Shown here piece by piece: positions 45,656 to 56,238 of a stretch of DNA of 56,251 nucleotides (the first letter of the stretch is position 1; each line of letters opens with the position of its first letter). The notes below the pieces were generated by a model. It was not told the DNA's origin, did no database searches, and worked only from the letters and a program-made list of their open reading frames with translations. The DNA is from a virus (taxonomy: Duplodnaviria; Caudoviricetes): IMG/VR virus record IMGVR_UViG_3300047090_000093, positions 1-56,251 of that record. The stretch is one strand, 5' to 3'. Made by a program: the position numbers and the translations under genes.

Positions 45656-46026
45656 GTATTATTGTCCCGACCATAGCCTTTGCCAATTCCGTTGATGATG
45701 GTGACGGCTGGGTCATATCCTGGGCGATGGCTAACGGCGATACCGGGTTGACGGTGACCAAACCGCCCACCTTTATTGGATTTGCCGATCGCAGCGTCCA
45801 GGTCGATGGCACGCTCGGCGCCGGATTTAATCTGTCATGGGAAGGCTCCAATGATGGAGTTAATTTCCACACGCTGCGCGATCCCTTCAACAATCTTCTG
45901 AATATCACAGCTGCGGATATTTATGAAGTACTGCAAGTCGTGGTCTTCGCCCGCCCTCGCGTGACTAACGGCGACGGGACGACCGCGGTGACCGTCACCG
46001 CCCTTTATCGCAGGACCAAGCCATGA
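45652..46026 (+). CDS. beta-sandwich virion-type protein
   Basis: SVQVDGT..WEGSNDGVNF. Confidence 0.7.
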   Translation: MSIIVPTIAFANSVDDGDGWVISWAMANGDTGLTVTKPPTFIGFADRSVQVDGTLGAGFNLSWEGSNDGVNFHTLRDPFNNLLNITAADIYEVLQVVVFARPRVTNGDGTTAVTVTALYRRTKP

Positions 46027-46550
46027 CGACAGCGCAACAGAAGATTCAGGCTTTCGAGTCCGCGAAGAAGTTTGGCGAACTGTTTCCGGGGTTGCTGGAG
46101 ACTTTGCAGGAATGGGCGCAGATCGGCAGCATCCAAGATGTGGCCGATCGTCAGGTGGCTGAATCAGAACGCCGGCTTGCGGCGGCGAAGTCCGCGGAAG
46201 CCCAAGCAAAACTCGAACGTGATGCGGCTGCAAAACGAGATGTTGAGCGGTTGCAAACCGAACTTGACAATATTTCCCACAAAATAAATGCCCAAAACGT
46301 TACTTTGCAACGCGCAGTTGAAAGGATTGAGCTACAAAACAAACAGTCCATCGCACAAGCTAGGGCGCAGGTCGATACAGCTGCGGACCGCGTGAGAGAA
46401 TTAAAAAAAGATGCCGCGGAATGGCAGGCTAAGATAGATCAAGCCAAAATTAACTATGCGATGGTATCAAGTGATCTGGAGCGGAAACGTGCCGAGCATG
46501 ATAAGGTCAAGAATGTGATCGCGGAAGCGCTGGGAAGGTTGGGGCGCTGA
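46023..46550 (+). CDS. coiled-coil protein
   Basis: 175 aa, heptad-rich. Confidence 0.7.
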   Translation: MTTAQQKIQAFESAKKFGELFPGLLETLQEWAQIGSIQDVADRQVAESERRLAAAKSAEAQAKLERDAAAKRDVERLQTELDNISHKINAQNVTLQRAVERIELQNKQSIAQARAQVDTAADRVRELKKDAAEWQAKIDQAKINYAMVSSDLERKRAEHDKVKNVIAEALGRLGR

Positions 46551-47185
46551 TGTCCCTTTCTCTCGACGGCCAGTCGACCCAGAACCACTCGACGACGACG
46601 CCGGTTACGCTTAGCCTGACCACAACTGGCGGCCCTGGGATTATCTACGTTGCCATTATTTCCAATAACTCCGTCGGCATCCCGACATCGGTGACATCAC
46701 CCGATATTCCAGACCTTGCTTTTAGGGACCAAAGTACGGGGGGTACCAACAGAACCGAGCTATGGTGGGGCACCTATTCCGGACCATTGACAGCCACGAT
46801 AACGATCGCAACCGGATCGGCATATACCACGGCGGTTGCGTTTGGGGTGTCCGGAGCAAAAACCGTTTCTCCGTTTGATACCAATGCGAGCGTGCCTGCA
46901 AAGTCCGGATCAAGCGCGCTTGCCTCGATCAGTACGGACAATGCCAATGATTTTATCTTCGCCAATTATATACCCTCAGGCGATCCAGAAAGCGCAGGGG
47001 CCGGATGGACAATGATCGGTGATGGTCACAACTTTCAGTTGGTTGAATACCAGATTGTATCTGCGACGCAGACATCGCTTCAGGCCACAATGAACAGCGG
47101 TTCGAACGGTGGTTCTGGGATAATGGATGCCGTTAAGGCGGCGCTTCTACCATTCCTGAATACCCCTCAACTTCTTGAGATATGA
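46550..47185 (+). CDS. S/T-rich beta virion protein
   Basis: 211 aa, S/T/G-rich, translationally coupled. Confidence 0.7.
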   Translation: MSLSLDGQSTQNHSTTTPVTLSLTTTGGPGIIYVAIISNNSVGIPTSVTSPDIPDLAFRDQSTGGTNRTELWWGTYSGPLTATITIATGSAYTTAVAFGVSGAKTVSPFDTNASVPAKSGSSALASISTDNANDFIFANYIPSGDPESAGAGWTMIGDGHNFQLVEYQIVSATQTSLQATMNSGSNGGSGIMDAVKAALLPFLNTPQLLEI

Positions 47186-47547
47186 TCCAATCCATGTTCT
47201 CAAAGCGCGAATTGGAAGGCTACTTTTGCGTTGATCACCGGCAGAGTCCGGGGATCACGCCGGAACAGGCGCTGGCGGTTGGGAGCAATGCGATTCCGGT
47301 GCCGGCAGGGATGCTTTTCGAGGCACCATTCATCAAGTGTTCGCATTGCTCGGCCAGCGTCGTGCTCAATCCCAAGCGGACGCGATCACGGGGGTACTGT
47401 CCGAAGTGTGATCATTATGTCTGCGATCTCTGCGAAGCCGACCGCGTGCGGACCGGCGAGTGCTACCCAATGAAGAAGTTTATTGCGGAATACGTCGATG
47501 CGATGGTGACGGGCAAGCCGTTTACCAGGATGCTACCGAGGTTCTAA
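47182..47547 (+). CDS. Zn-finger protein
   Basis: CSHC...CPKCDHYVCDLC. Confidence 0.75.
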   Translation: MIQSMFSKRELEGYFCVDHRQSPGITPEQALAVGSNAIPVPAGMLFEAPFIKCSHCSASVVLNPKRTRSRGYCPKCDHYVCDLCEADRVRTGECYPMKKFIAEYVDAMVTGKPFTRMLPRF

Positions 47548-47556
47548 GGAAACGCC

Positions 47557-48072
47557 ATGGCTCGACGCACGACGGCCGTTACATCGATCACGCCGACCGC
47601 AACGGCCGACACTGTGGACCTTGTTGATGCCACCTATCCGTTTATCCTGCGAGGCGGCAGCGACACCCAGATCAATTATATCTGGGAAATCAAGATGAAC
47701 GGCCAGGCCACGTCATCCGCGCCGACCTATATGCAGCTCGCACAGGACAGCCAAGTCGGGACTGGCAGTAATTCCTTGGGGGCGACACAAAATGACGCGC
47801 CGAATAATCCAGCGACAGCGGCATTGGCAGCGCCGGCTCTCGTTGGGAATACGAATGCAACCCTCAAACCGCGGCGCTCGTCAACGCTGTTGCTGCAGGA
47901 CATGTCCTTCAATGCTAACGGCGGCATCCAGTTCATGAAGGCAAACAAAATCGAGGAATGTTACGTCGTGATCGGAAACGTTGCATCTACCGGGGGTGAG
48001 GTTTCGTTGAGCGCATTCACCGGAGGGACGCCGGGCGCGATGGGATGTTATATGGTCTATGAGAGCATGTGA
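47557..48072 (+). CDS. hypothetical virion-type protein
   Basis: 171 aa, AAGGA SD. Confidence 0.7.
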   Translation: MARRTTAVTSITPTATADTVDLVDATYPFILRGGSDTQINYIWEIKMNGQATSSAPTYMQLAQDSQVGTGSNSLGATQNDAPNNPATAALAAPALVGNTNATLKPRRSSTLLLQDMSFNANGGIQFMKANKIEECYVVIGNVASTGGEVSLSAFTGGTPGAMGCYMVYESM

Positions 48073-48076
48073 CAGT

Positions 48077-48859
48077 ATGATCCAAGTCAAGCAATGCCGC
48101 CATGGCCGGCTGATGTTTTACGATAACGACGCCTATATTGGGCGCTCGCTAAATACGTCAGGCACATATTCCGAGGAAGAGATTCTGTTGTGGCAGCAGA
48201 TCGTGCGCCCTGGCGACGTGGTGGTCGAAGTCGGTGCCAATATTGGTGCGCATACCATATGGTTTGCCAAGGCGGTCGGCCGAGACGGCAAAGTGTTTGC
48301 GATCGAACCTCAGCGGCAAATGTATCAGATGCTCGTTGGCAATCTCGCGCTCAATGAGATCACCAACGCCAATGCCATGATGGGAGCCGCCGGAGAGAAG
48401 ATCGGGACCGTTCGCGTTCCGCCGGTTGATTACGACAAAACCGGAAACTTCGGTGGCCTTTCGATCGGCGGGGAGAGCGGCGAAGAGGTTGCAGTGATCA
48501 CGCTTGACTCGTTCCGTATGACGCGCGTCGACCTTATCAAGATCGATGTGGAGGGCATGGAGGCGAGCGTATTGCGTGGTGCGCATCAGACCATCGAACG
48601 ATGTCGGCCGGTGCTTTACGTGGAAAACGACCGCAAGGAAAAGTCTGACGAATTGATCGCCCTCATCTCCGATATGGGATATCGGCTCTATGGCCACACG
48701 CCGCTTATCAATCGCGAGATATTCGGCGATACCGTGTCGCTCAACATGCTGTGCGTGGTTGGCGATGCCAATATCACTGGACTGCGCGAGATCGACCGCG
48801 ATCACGCCATGCGACGCCAAGCCATGGTTGCGGCGCTTGAGCATGGGGCGGTGTTGTGA
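48077..48859 (+). CDS. FkbM-family methyltransferase
   Basis: VEVGANIGAHT, AIEP, LIKIDVEGME, PVLYVE. Confidence 0.9.
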   Translation: MIQVKQCRHGRLMFYDNDAYIGRSLNTSGTYSEEEILLWQQIVRPGDVVVEVGANIGAHTIWFAKAVGRDGKVFAIEPQRQMYQMLVGNLALNEITNANAMMGAAGEKIGTVRVPPVDYDKTGNFGGLSIGGESGEEVAVITLDSFRMTRVDLIKIDVEGMEASVLRGAHQTIERCRPVLYVENDRKEKSDELIALISDMGYRLYGHTPLINREIFGDTVSLNMLCVVGDANITGLREIDRDHAMRRQAMVAALEHGAVL

Positions 48860-49959
48860 TGCTCCAGCGCCCCGCCATTGCGCCGATCAACGTCGTCTGG
48901 CCGCCGGTCGATCGAGAAATCAAAAAGAAATGGGCTGGCGTTTGCCGCATGGGCGGCGTCGGCGACAATCTGGTCGCCGCTTCCGTGCTCGCGCCGCTCA
49001 AGCGCGCCGGCTACATGACGGAAGTGATTGCGCAAGCGCCACACCACGTCATGTTCGAAAACAACCCGTTCATGGATCGGCTTATCGTCAAGCAGAAGGA
49101 AGACTTTCCCGGCGATGGCGGACTGCAATGGCAACAGTGGTTCGATACGCGTGGCCGGGAATACGATCTGTTTGCCAATCTGTCCCACACCATGGAACAC
49201 CTAGTCGCTTTTTTCCCAGGACAGACCGCATTCTATTGGCCGGCGCCGTTCCGCCGCAAAATGGCGGATCACAGCTACATCGAACTCGTCCACGACATGT
49301 TTGGCATGCCACACGAATTCGGTCGGCTGTTCTGGCCAACCGATGAGGAGTGCGAAGATGTTGTCGAAAAGCGCCGGCAGTTCGGTTCGGATCGGCTGGT
49401 CGGATGGTGCCTGTCGGGGACGAGGATAGACAAAGTATGGGCCTACGCTCCGATGGCCATTTCGCGGATCATCCGGGAATTGGGTGCCCATGTCATTCTG
49501 CTCGGCGCGCCCTCGCTACAGCATATCGAGATGGCGCAGACTGTCGAGAGCGAAGTCGCCCGGCACAATGGATCGACAAAAGGGCTCAATACCGCTCTGT
49601 CGCTCGATGCCGCTAATCCACAATGGCCGATGCGTCGCATTCTCGCCATGGCCGGCGCCTGCGATCTCGTGATCGGCCCGGACACAGGACCGATGTGGGC
49701 CGTGGCATTCGAGTCGATGCCAAAGATCATGATGCTGTCGCATGCGAGCGCGAAGAACATCACATCGCATTGGGTGAACACCAGGACGCTGCATGCTGAT
49801 CAAGGCCGTGTTCCGTGCTGGCCTTGTCACAGGCTCCATAATGGGATCGAGACTTGTCGGCCCAACAAGGAAAACAACGGAGCGGCGTGCATATCCGACA
49901 TCAGCGTTGAAACCGTTGTTTCGACCGCGGCCGAACTTCTGGAGATAGACCATGGCTAA
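48856..49959 (+). CDS. glycosyltransferase family 9 (heptosyltransferase-like)
   Basis: RMGGVGD, NNPFMD, DLVIGPDTGPMW, CWPC. Confidence 0.85.
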   Translation: MMLQRPAIAPINVVWPPVDREIKKKWAGVCRMGGVGDNLVAASVLAPLKRAGYMTEVIAQAPHHVMFENNPFMDRLIVKQKEDFPGDGGLQWQQWFDTRGREYDLFANLSHTMEHLVAFFPGQTAFYWPAPFRRKMADHSYIELVHDMFGMPHEFGRLFWPTDEECEDVVEKRRQFGSDRLVGWCLSGTRIDKVWAYAPMAISRIIRELGAHVILLGAPSLQHIEMAQTVESEVARHNGSTKGLNTALSLDAANPQWPMRRILAMAGACDLVIGPDTGPMWAVAFESMPKIMMLSHASAKNITSHWVNTRTLHADQGRVPCWPCHRLHNGIETCRPNKENNGAACISDISVETVVSTAAELLEIDHG

Positions 49960-50353
49960 CATCTCGCAATACATGCAATTGAATATGCTCTCCTGGGTGC
50001 TCGGCGGATCGCCGACCAAGCCGTCGGCCTGGGGCGTCGGTCTGGGCACGTCGTCTCCGACTTCCATTGCCGGAGGCGAGTTATCGACCACGTTTGGTTA
50101 CACGCGGCAATCTATGGCCTGGGGTTCGGCGGGCAGTCCGACCAGCTCCGGCACAGTCTCGAATGCCAGCGCCGTCACGTTCGGCCCATTCACCACGGCC
50201 GCGACGGTTTCCGGCCTGCAAATCTGGGACACCATGTTGTCGGCAGGCAGCGGCAATATGTTGTTCGAGGGACTTCTCGCGGTGGCGCGTACGATGGCGA
50301 GCGGAGAGAGTTTGGTGATCCCGACCGGATCGATCCTAGTTACGCTGGCGTGA
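49952..50353 (+). CDS. small virion/tail protein, paralogue 1
   Basis: GYTRQ..SNASAVTFG..IWD..GNML. Confidence 0.75.
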   Translation: MANISQYMQLNMLSWVLGGSPTKPSAWGVGLGTSSPTSIAGGELSTTFGYTRQSMAWGSAGSPTSSGTVSNASAVTFGPFTTAATVSGLQIWDTMLSAGSGNMLFEGLLAVARTMASGESLVIPTGSILVTLA

Positions 50354-50502
50354 GGCGATTGTGTTTAACTTCGCAGCGTTAGGTGTGCTGCTACTGTGCT
50401 GTTACAAAATGGATTCGCATCCGTTAGCCGCGGTGTTTGTGATCTTTATGATGCAGCACGTCTGGCGCTGGTGGAATTACCCTATGGATCGGGAGTCAAA
50501 CC

Positions 50503-50689
50503 GATGGCAGGCGTAGGAGCTAAACTGGCGTTGACGGCGCATGCCGAAGTCGTGACGGCTTTGGAGATGATGATCGCCCGTGCGATAGCCCCCAATCCCG
50601 GCGAGGCAGCCCATGAGCATATCGTTGCGGCGCGGCATCTGATTTCCCGTTTACGCGATGCGGGATACGAGATCATAAAGAAAAGCTGA
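50503..50689 (+). CDS. hypothetical protein (start approximate)
   Basis: MAGVGAK...LRDAGYEI, coupled to the next gene. Confidence 0.45.
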
Positions 50690-51087
50690 TGGCCGGCGGC
50701 ACGTCGCAATACATGCAGCAGCGCATGCTTTCCTGGGTGTTTGGCGGGTCGCCGACAAAGCCGACAGCCTGGGGTGTGGGCCTGTCGCTTGGAGTGCCAA
50801 CCAGCATTGCGGGATCGGAAGCATCGGTCTCCGGCTATGCGCGACAAACGGCGACGTGGGGTGCAGCGGGATCGCCAGCCAGCTCCGGCACGGTCGCCAA
50901 TGCTTCGGCGATCGTATTCAACCTATTGTCAAGGGCGACCTATACCGGATTCCAGATATGGGACGGGCTTGGCAGTTCGAACTCCGGAAATATGCTGGCC
51001 TGGGGCACCCTTTCGACGGCGGTGGTGGCGTCTTCCGGTGATTCTGTTTCATTTTCCATAGGGGCTCTTCGGATTACTCTGGCATAG
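50689..51087 (+). CDS. small virion/tail protein, paralogue 2
   Basis: closely similar to 49952..50353. Confidence 0.75.
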   Translation: MAGGTSQYMQQRMLSWVFGGSPTKPTAWGVGLSLGVPTSIAGSEASVSGYARQTATWGAAGSPASSGTVANASAIVFNLLSRATYTGFQIWDGLGSSNSGNMLAWGTLSTAVVASSGDSVSFSIGALRITLA

Positions 51088-51099
51088 GGCTAGACGCTT

Positions 51100-52449
51100 A
51101 TGACAGCCCGTAATGCCGTAGGCGTCATTACAGAAGTCGGCGGGTTAACCGGCGCACCAACGACGCCGCAGCAATTTGCGTCGGCGACGTTGGGGGGACA
51201 GGGCGGCCTTACTGCTGCCGCGACGATTCTTGCTGCTCCCACCGCGCCGTACATGTCTCCCCTCTGGGTGCCGCGGCCCCCGGAGGACTCTGTTTGGCAG
51301 TGGCAACCGCTGCCCCCGCCGCCGCCGTCCGCGGCGCAGACCGCATCGGCGATCCTTGCGGGCGCCGGTGGTCTCACTGCCAGCGTTCTCGGTCCATTCC
51401 AGTTCGCGTCGGCGACGCTCGCTGGTACTGGCGGCATTGTCGAAGCAGACAGCGGCGCAGTCCAGTTTGCGTCGGCGACATTAGCGGGGTCCGGTAACCT
51501 TACCGCCAGCGCGCTAGGGCCGTTCCAGTTTGCTTCGGTCACGCTCGCCGGTGTCGGCGCCCTTACCGAAGCCGACAGCGGCGCCATCCAGTTTGCCTCG
51601 GCGGTTCTTGCTGGTTCAGGCTCGCTCACCGAGGCTGATTCAGGCGCCGTTCAATTTGCTTCTGCGGCGCTTGCCGGCGTCGGAAGTCTTGCGGAAGCGG
51701 ACAGCGGCGCGGTTCAGTTTACGGCCGCGACATTTGCCGGCATCGGCAATCTGGCCGCCAACACTCAACAGATCACATCCGCTGTTTTAGCGGGTGTCGG
51801 CGGGCTCTCGGCCAATAGCCCAGGCATACAGTTTGCCTCGGCCGCACTTGCCGGTGTCGGCGCCCTTATCGAAGCAGATAGCGGGGGCATACAGTTTGCC
51901 TCAGCCACGCTGGCGGGCACTGGGGCGCTAGCCGAAGCCGATAGCGGTGCAATTCAGTTTGCTTCGGCTGCGCTGGCCGGTACTGGCGCGCTCACGGGGA
52001 GCGCGTCCGGGCCGCTCCAGTTCGTATCGGTGCAATTCGGCGGCGTCGGCGGTCTTTTTGCCGATGCCATCGGTCCGCTCCAGTTTGCGTCGGCGACGCT
52101 CTCCGGAACTGGGGGCCTTGTCGAGGCCGATAGTGGTGTAGTCCAGTTTGCGTCGGCGACGCTGGCCGGTTCGGGCGGCCTTGCCGCGAGTACACAGCAA
52201 CTCGCATCAATCGTTCTTGCTGGCGTCGGCGGCCTTGCGGCGGCCGGTACCGTCCTCACTCCGGGTAATGTCGTCCAGGCGGAATTCGACGGTATTGGCG
52301 GCCTTGTTGCTGCTGCCAATGCGCGATACGTCGCATCGGCGACATTCGCCGGCGAGGGAGGAATGACCGCAGTGGCCACTGGTGGCGGCGGTCCCACGAC
52401 TGGTGCAGGCGAAATTATCACTCGCTGGCGGCGGCGCGGCAGAAGGTAG
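51100..52449 (+). CDS. tandem-repeat fibre-like protein
   Basis: about 17 repeats of QFASATLAG(T/V/S)GxL(xEADSG). Confidence 0.8.
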   Translation: MTARNAVGVITEVGGLTGAPTTPQQFASATLGGQGGLTAAATILAAPTAPYMSPLWVPRPPEDSVWQWQPLPPPPPSAAQTASAILAGAGGLTASVLGPFQFASATLAGTGGIVEADSGAVQFASATLAGSGNLTASALGPFQFASVTLAGVGALTEADSGAIQFASAVLAGSGSLTEADSGAVQFASAALAGVGSLAEADSGAVQFTAATFAGIGNLAANTQQITSAVLAGVGGLSANSPGIQFASAALAGVGALIEADSGGIQFASATLAGTGALAEADSGAIQFASAALAGTGALTGSASGPLQFVSVQFGGVGGLFADAIGPLQFASATLSGTGGLVEADSGVVQFASATLAGSGGLAASTQQLASIVLAGVGGLAAAGTVLTPGNVVQAEFDGIGGLVAAANARYVASATFAGEGGMTAVATGGGGPTTGAGEIITRWRRRGRR

Positions 52450-52455
52450 AGACAC

Positions 52456-53022
52456 ATGAAAGTGGACGAAGCCATATTCTGGGGGCGTTTCCTGCCAGCG
52501 GCGCTCATTGCCGGAGCCCTGCTGCTGCTGGGCATTGAATACGCGGGCGCCCAGGCCAACTGGCCGACCCCCGGAAATCAGTCGGTCGGCGGCTCCGTCC
52601 AGATGTGCCTCAACAGCGCATCGCAGGCGATTCCATGCACAGGAACTGCGGGCGCCGCCGGTTATCCGGCAGGTGCAACACCGATCGGTGGCGCATTCTC
52701 TGGGGCCGACACAACATCGCAAGCCGCGACGCTCGCACTGGCCTCGGGGAAAACGACCTATATTTGCGGGTTTACGGTTTCCGGTCTCGGCGCTACTGGC
52801 GCGACAACAGTTGTCGTAGCTGTGGCCACATTGGTTGGGAGCACGACGCTTAGTTATAGCTATGTGTTTCCGGCGGGCGCAACGGTCGTCACTACGTCGA
52901 TCGGCAAGGAATATTCGCCCTGCATTCCGGCCAGCGCCGCGGCGGCGGCGATCACGGTGACCGTGCCCGGCGCTACCGGAAATACCGCCACTCAAATCAA
53001 TGCCTGGGGATTTCAGTTCTAA
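52456..53022 (+). CDS. beta-rich protein with signal/TM N-terminus
   Basis: hydrophobic segment ending AGA-Q; T/A-rich mature part. Confidence 0.75.
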   Translation: MKVDEAIFWGRFLPAALIAGALLLLGIEYAGAQANWPTPGNQSVGGSVQMCLNSASQAIPCTGTAGAAGYPAGATPIGGAFSGADTTSQAATLALASGKTTYICGFTVSGLGATGATTVVVAVATLVGSTTLSYSYVFPAGATVVTTSIGKEYSPCIPASAAAAAITVTVPGATGNTATQINAWGFQF

Positions 53023-56000
53023 ATGACATCCCGTCTTCCCCTCGTCCTCGGTCCGACCGGCCTGCCAGAGCAATTGCAGGCGGGGGATACGCTTTCCGGA
53101 GTATCCGGAAGCGGGACGGTTACCAGTGTTACCTTGACACTGCCATCATTCCTGAATGTGAGTCCCGCCACCATCACGACGGCAGGGACGTTCGCTGTAA
53201 CGCTTGCCTCTCAGGCTCCCAATGTTGTTCTGTCTGGACCGGCCTCCGGCGGTTCTGCAACGCCGACATTCCGGGCGCTGGTTGCGGCTGATCTTCCAAC
53301 TGCTACCACGCTGGCGAAAGGTGCTGTCAGGCCGGACGGAACGACGATCACAATTGTCGGGGATGTCATCAGCGCGTCGGGGGGCGCGACCGGAAGTGGT
53401 GTTAATCTTACCTCTACCTATGGCCTTGTTGGTGATGGCGTGACGGATAATGCCACTGCGTTCCTGGCCATGACGCAGGGCTTGCGGACCCTCGGGCTCC
53501 ACAAAAGCCCTGGGGATTGGACTCCTGGTCCGAATACCTACAATAAGACAATTACTGCAACATTCACATCAGGCACCCCCGGCACGGTCTCAACTCCGCA
53601 TCCGCACGGCCTTCGCGCTGGTGATCCTGTTGTATTTTCCGGCTCGCCTCCGTCTCCATTAGTCGCTGGCACGGTGTATTACACTTCCTTCTTTGGGATG
53701 ACTGCAACCGATTTTCAACTCATATCCGTCGATCCCTGGACGCTTCTGACAAACGGCAACTCTACCATTTATTCGGGATTCGCTTATCCGACATCGATTA
53801 ATTTTGGGTCTGGCACTGCCACTGTCTATTTCATCAACCAAGAATTGATGTATCTAACTCTTGATCCCGGAAATTACTTTACATCATCCAACGCCCAGTT
53901 CGCCGGACTTAGGAACTTTATATTGAATGCTTACGGCTCCATCATTTCTGGTGCGGGCGCTAGTTTTGGCGGTGGCTCCAACGCCGGCTTCACATACGGA
54001 GGATTCTTTCCGTATGGTCAGGCTCTTCTCAAACCAACATCGCCGGGCCAGCCCTATGTCGATGTCATCAGCCCGCCAAGCGCATTGTTCTATATTGGCG
54101 GTTGGATGATGTTGGGTGCCCTGGACACCATGAACACGCTCGGCCAAAGGCAATCAACACCTTTTAATCCGGCTATATTTGAATACCTTCCCATTAAAGC
54201 AATAAACCCAGGAGCGGGTGTCGGCGGGTCGACGCGGATAACGCTTGGATTCACAACTGGCGGCACAAGCGGAAGGTCGGTGTTGACCAAGCGCGGTTAC
54301 GTCGACACGGCTCCGCAGTACCTTCCCTTTCAAGGGATTCCTTATGCCGCAACCGATTTGAACACGTCAACAGTGGTGGTGGGTCCAGGGGTGGCTGTTC
54401 CCCTTCCGGCATTCTGGGACTCGGCTTATAAGATATTAGGTTTGCGGGTTGATTCTTATATGCAGAATCAATTTGCCGGTCGAGACGTTGCATTGATCGA
54501 TTGTAGGTTTAGCGGAGACGGTGCGGTTATTGGGCAGTCACAAGACCTCCTGGTTGACAATACTGTTTTTGGAGATGGTCAGGGTGAATATTCAGGCATC
54601 GTCATTGATAAAGGAGTCGAGCGCGCCACAATTCGAAGCGTGTCAAATTGCGATACTATTCAAGTAGAAGGGGCAGGACCGAACTTTCTAACCATCGATA
54701 ATTGCGATGTTTTGACAATTGCCGGAACCGGTCGAAATACGACTGTTCGAAATTCGAATGCTTCGAATGGAATTCAGTTGGGACAACTCGGGTTCGGACG
54801 ATCGGAATCAATCTATTTAGAAAATAGCGTCATTGGAAATTTTCAGATTGCCAATCGATTGGATAACACATTTACCTTTATGGCTCTTAACAATTGGACC
54901 TTTTCCAAGGGTGTGTTTTCTATTCCTGAATTTTATAAGAACTATCAAAGTCTGTTTCAATCAACCAATTTTGCTAATTCTTGGGCAGTTCCGGGGTCGG
55001 CGTTTTATCTCAATGACATGGCCAACGCCTTCGACAACATGGGCGGTGCCGGAAAAATTCTGAATGTGACCCGCACTTTCACGACGAGCCATGCTGTAAG
55101 CGTAAGCGCGGCCAGCCCTGCCGTCGTGCATTGGGTTGGGCACTCTCTTGCGGCTGGGACCATCGTCATGTTCCAGGGCGCTGAAACCACACTCCCACTC
55201 GGCCTACATCCCTTCTATCCGTATGCCGTCATCACAGTGGACGCCGACAATTTTCAATTGGGAGATGCCCTCGCGTCGCCGACTACGGCCATCAACACGA
55301 CTGGATCCTTGGCCAACGTGACGATTTACGTGACGCCTACGTTCAACATGCAGACCACGTTGACGGCGGTTCCTGCCGCAACGACAGTCGTACATACGTT
55401 CACGGCAACGAATGCGACTCCGTGCGTGTTTACGACTGGGACCAACGTCCCGAACGACACGCCCGTCATATTCAAGCAGCAGGAAGCGTTACTGATCCCG
55501 ACCGGGTTTTATCCGGATTACGTGTACTGGGTGGTCAACTCCAATGGAGCCACGACATTCCAATTGTCCAGGAGTAAAGGCGGTGCCGCGGTCGCCAGCA
55601 CGTCAACGCAATCAGGCTCACCGTCTGTTGTGCTCAATCCGCTAAAGTTCAATCCGCACGCCTGTCCTCGCATAACGGCGGTCGACTGTACGGGACACCC
55701 AAGGCTCAACGATCAATCCTACGCGCCGCGTAATACACCGCTCTTTAGCTATGCCACCAAGACATTCTATGGGCAGATGCTGGATACGTCTGGATACTTC
55801 AATAGCCCGATGTATGTGTGGGGAAATCTGAAGCAGATGACTATCTACGTGCCTGTTGCAGACACGGTAGGGTCCGGCACCCGCACGCTTACGATCACCG
55901 CTGCCGGCTTTGATGGCACTTTGGCTGCGGCCAATCTCTCTCAAGTGATCGACACTACAACCGCGGGGACTAGGATTATCACCCCGACAGCGCACACCAC

Positions 56001-56238
56001 ATTGGGCGCAGATACCACAGCCAACTATGGCAATTGGATATCCGGCAATGTTACCTGTACGTTCGCCGATACCTCCGGGCAGGACTTCAACAAGTATCCA
56101 CAGGTGCGGATTGAAATCGAGACGGACCAGGGCATCTGGACAAACTCGGGAACCTACTACTACCAAGACCCGAATTATGCTCACGTCGCCCAAGTGACGG
56201 ACACGACGTTCCCGACATTTGGTTCCGTTCCGGAATAA
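53023..56238 (+). CDS. large tailspike/fibre-like protein (pectate-lyase-like entry motif plus three FCCH-like modules)
   Basis: YGLVGDGVTDNATAF; three 'S/NATP..V....HGL..GD.V.F....LP..L.....YY' modules. Confidence 0.75.
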   Translation: MTSRLPLVLGPTGLPEQLQAGDTLSGVSGSGTVTSVTLTLPSFLNVSPATITTAGTFAVTLASQAPNVVLSGPASGGSATPTFRALVAADLPTATTLAKGAVRPDGTTITIVGDVISASGGATGSGVNLTSTYGLVGDGVTDNATAFLAMTQGLRTLGLHKSPGDWTPGPNTYNKTITATFTSGTPGTVSTPHPHGLRAGDPVVFSGSPPSPLVAGTVYYTSFFGMTATDFQLISVDPWTLLTNGNSTIYSGFAYPTSINFGSGTATVYFINQELMYLTLDPGNYFTSSNAQFAGLRNFILNAYGSIISGAGASFGGGSNAGFTYGGFFPYGQALLKPTSPGQPYVDVISPPSALFYIGGWMMLGALDTMNTLGQRQSTPFNPAIFEYLPIKAINPGAGVGGSTRITLGFTTGGTSGRSVLTKRGYVDTAPQYLPFQGIPYAATDLNTSTVVVGPGVAVPLPAFWDSAYKILGLRVDSYMQNQFAGRDVALIDCRFSGDGAVIGQSQDLLVDNTVFGDGQGEYSGIVIDKGVERATIRSVSNCDTIQVEGAGPNFLTIDNCDVLTIAGTGRNTTVRNSNASNGIQLGQLGFGRSESIYLENSVIGNFQIANRLDNTFTFMALNNWTFSKGVFSIPEFYKNYQSLFQSTNFANSWAVPGSAFYLNDMANAFDNMGGAGKILNVTRTFTTSHAVSVSAASPAVVHWVGHSLAAGTIVMFQGAETTLPLGLHPFYPYAVITVDADNFQLGDALASPTTAINTTGSLANVTIYVTPTFNMQTTLTAVPAATTVVHTFTATNATPCVFTTGTNVPNDTPVIFKQQEALLIPTGFYPDYVYWVVNSNGATTFQLSRSKGGAAVASTSTQSGSPSVVLNPLKFNPHACPRITAVDCTGHPRLNDQSYAPRNTPLFSYATKTFYGQMLDTSGYFNSPMYVWGNLKQMTIYVPVADTVGSGTRTLTITAAGFDGTLAAANLSQVIDTTTAGTRIITPTAHTTLGADTTANYGNWISGNVTCTFADTSGQDFNKYPQVRIEIETDQGIWTNSGTYYYQDPNYAHVAQVTDTTFPTFGSVPE

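Noticed and set aside
51160-52360. About 60-bp DNA repeats as CRISPR or DGR template/variable repeats
   Set aside because: In-frame protein repeats with synonymous variation; no reverse transcriptase in the window
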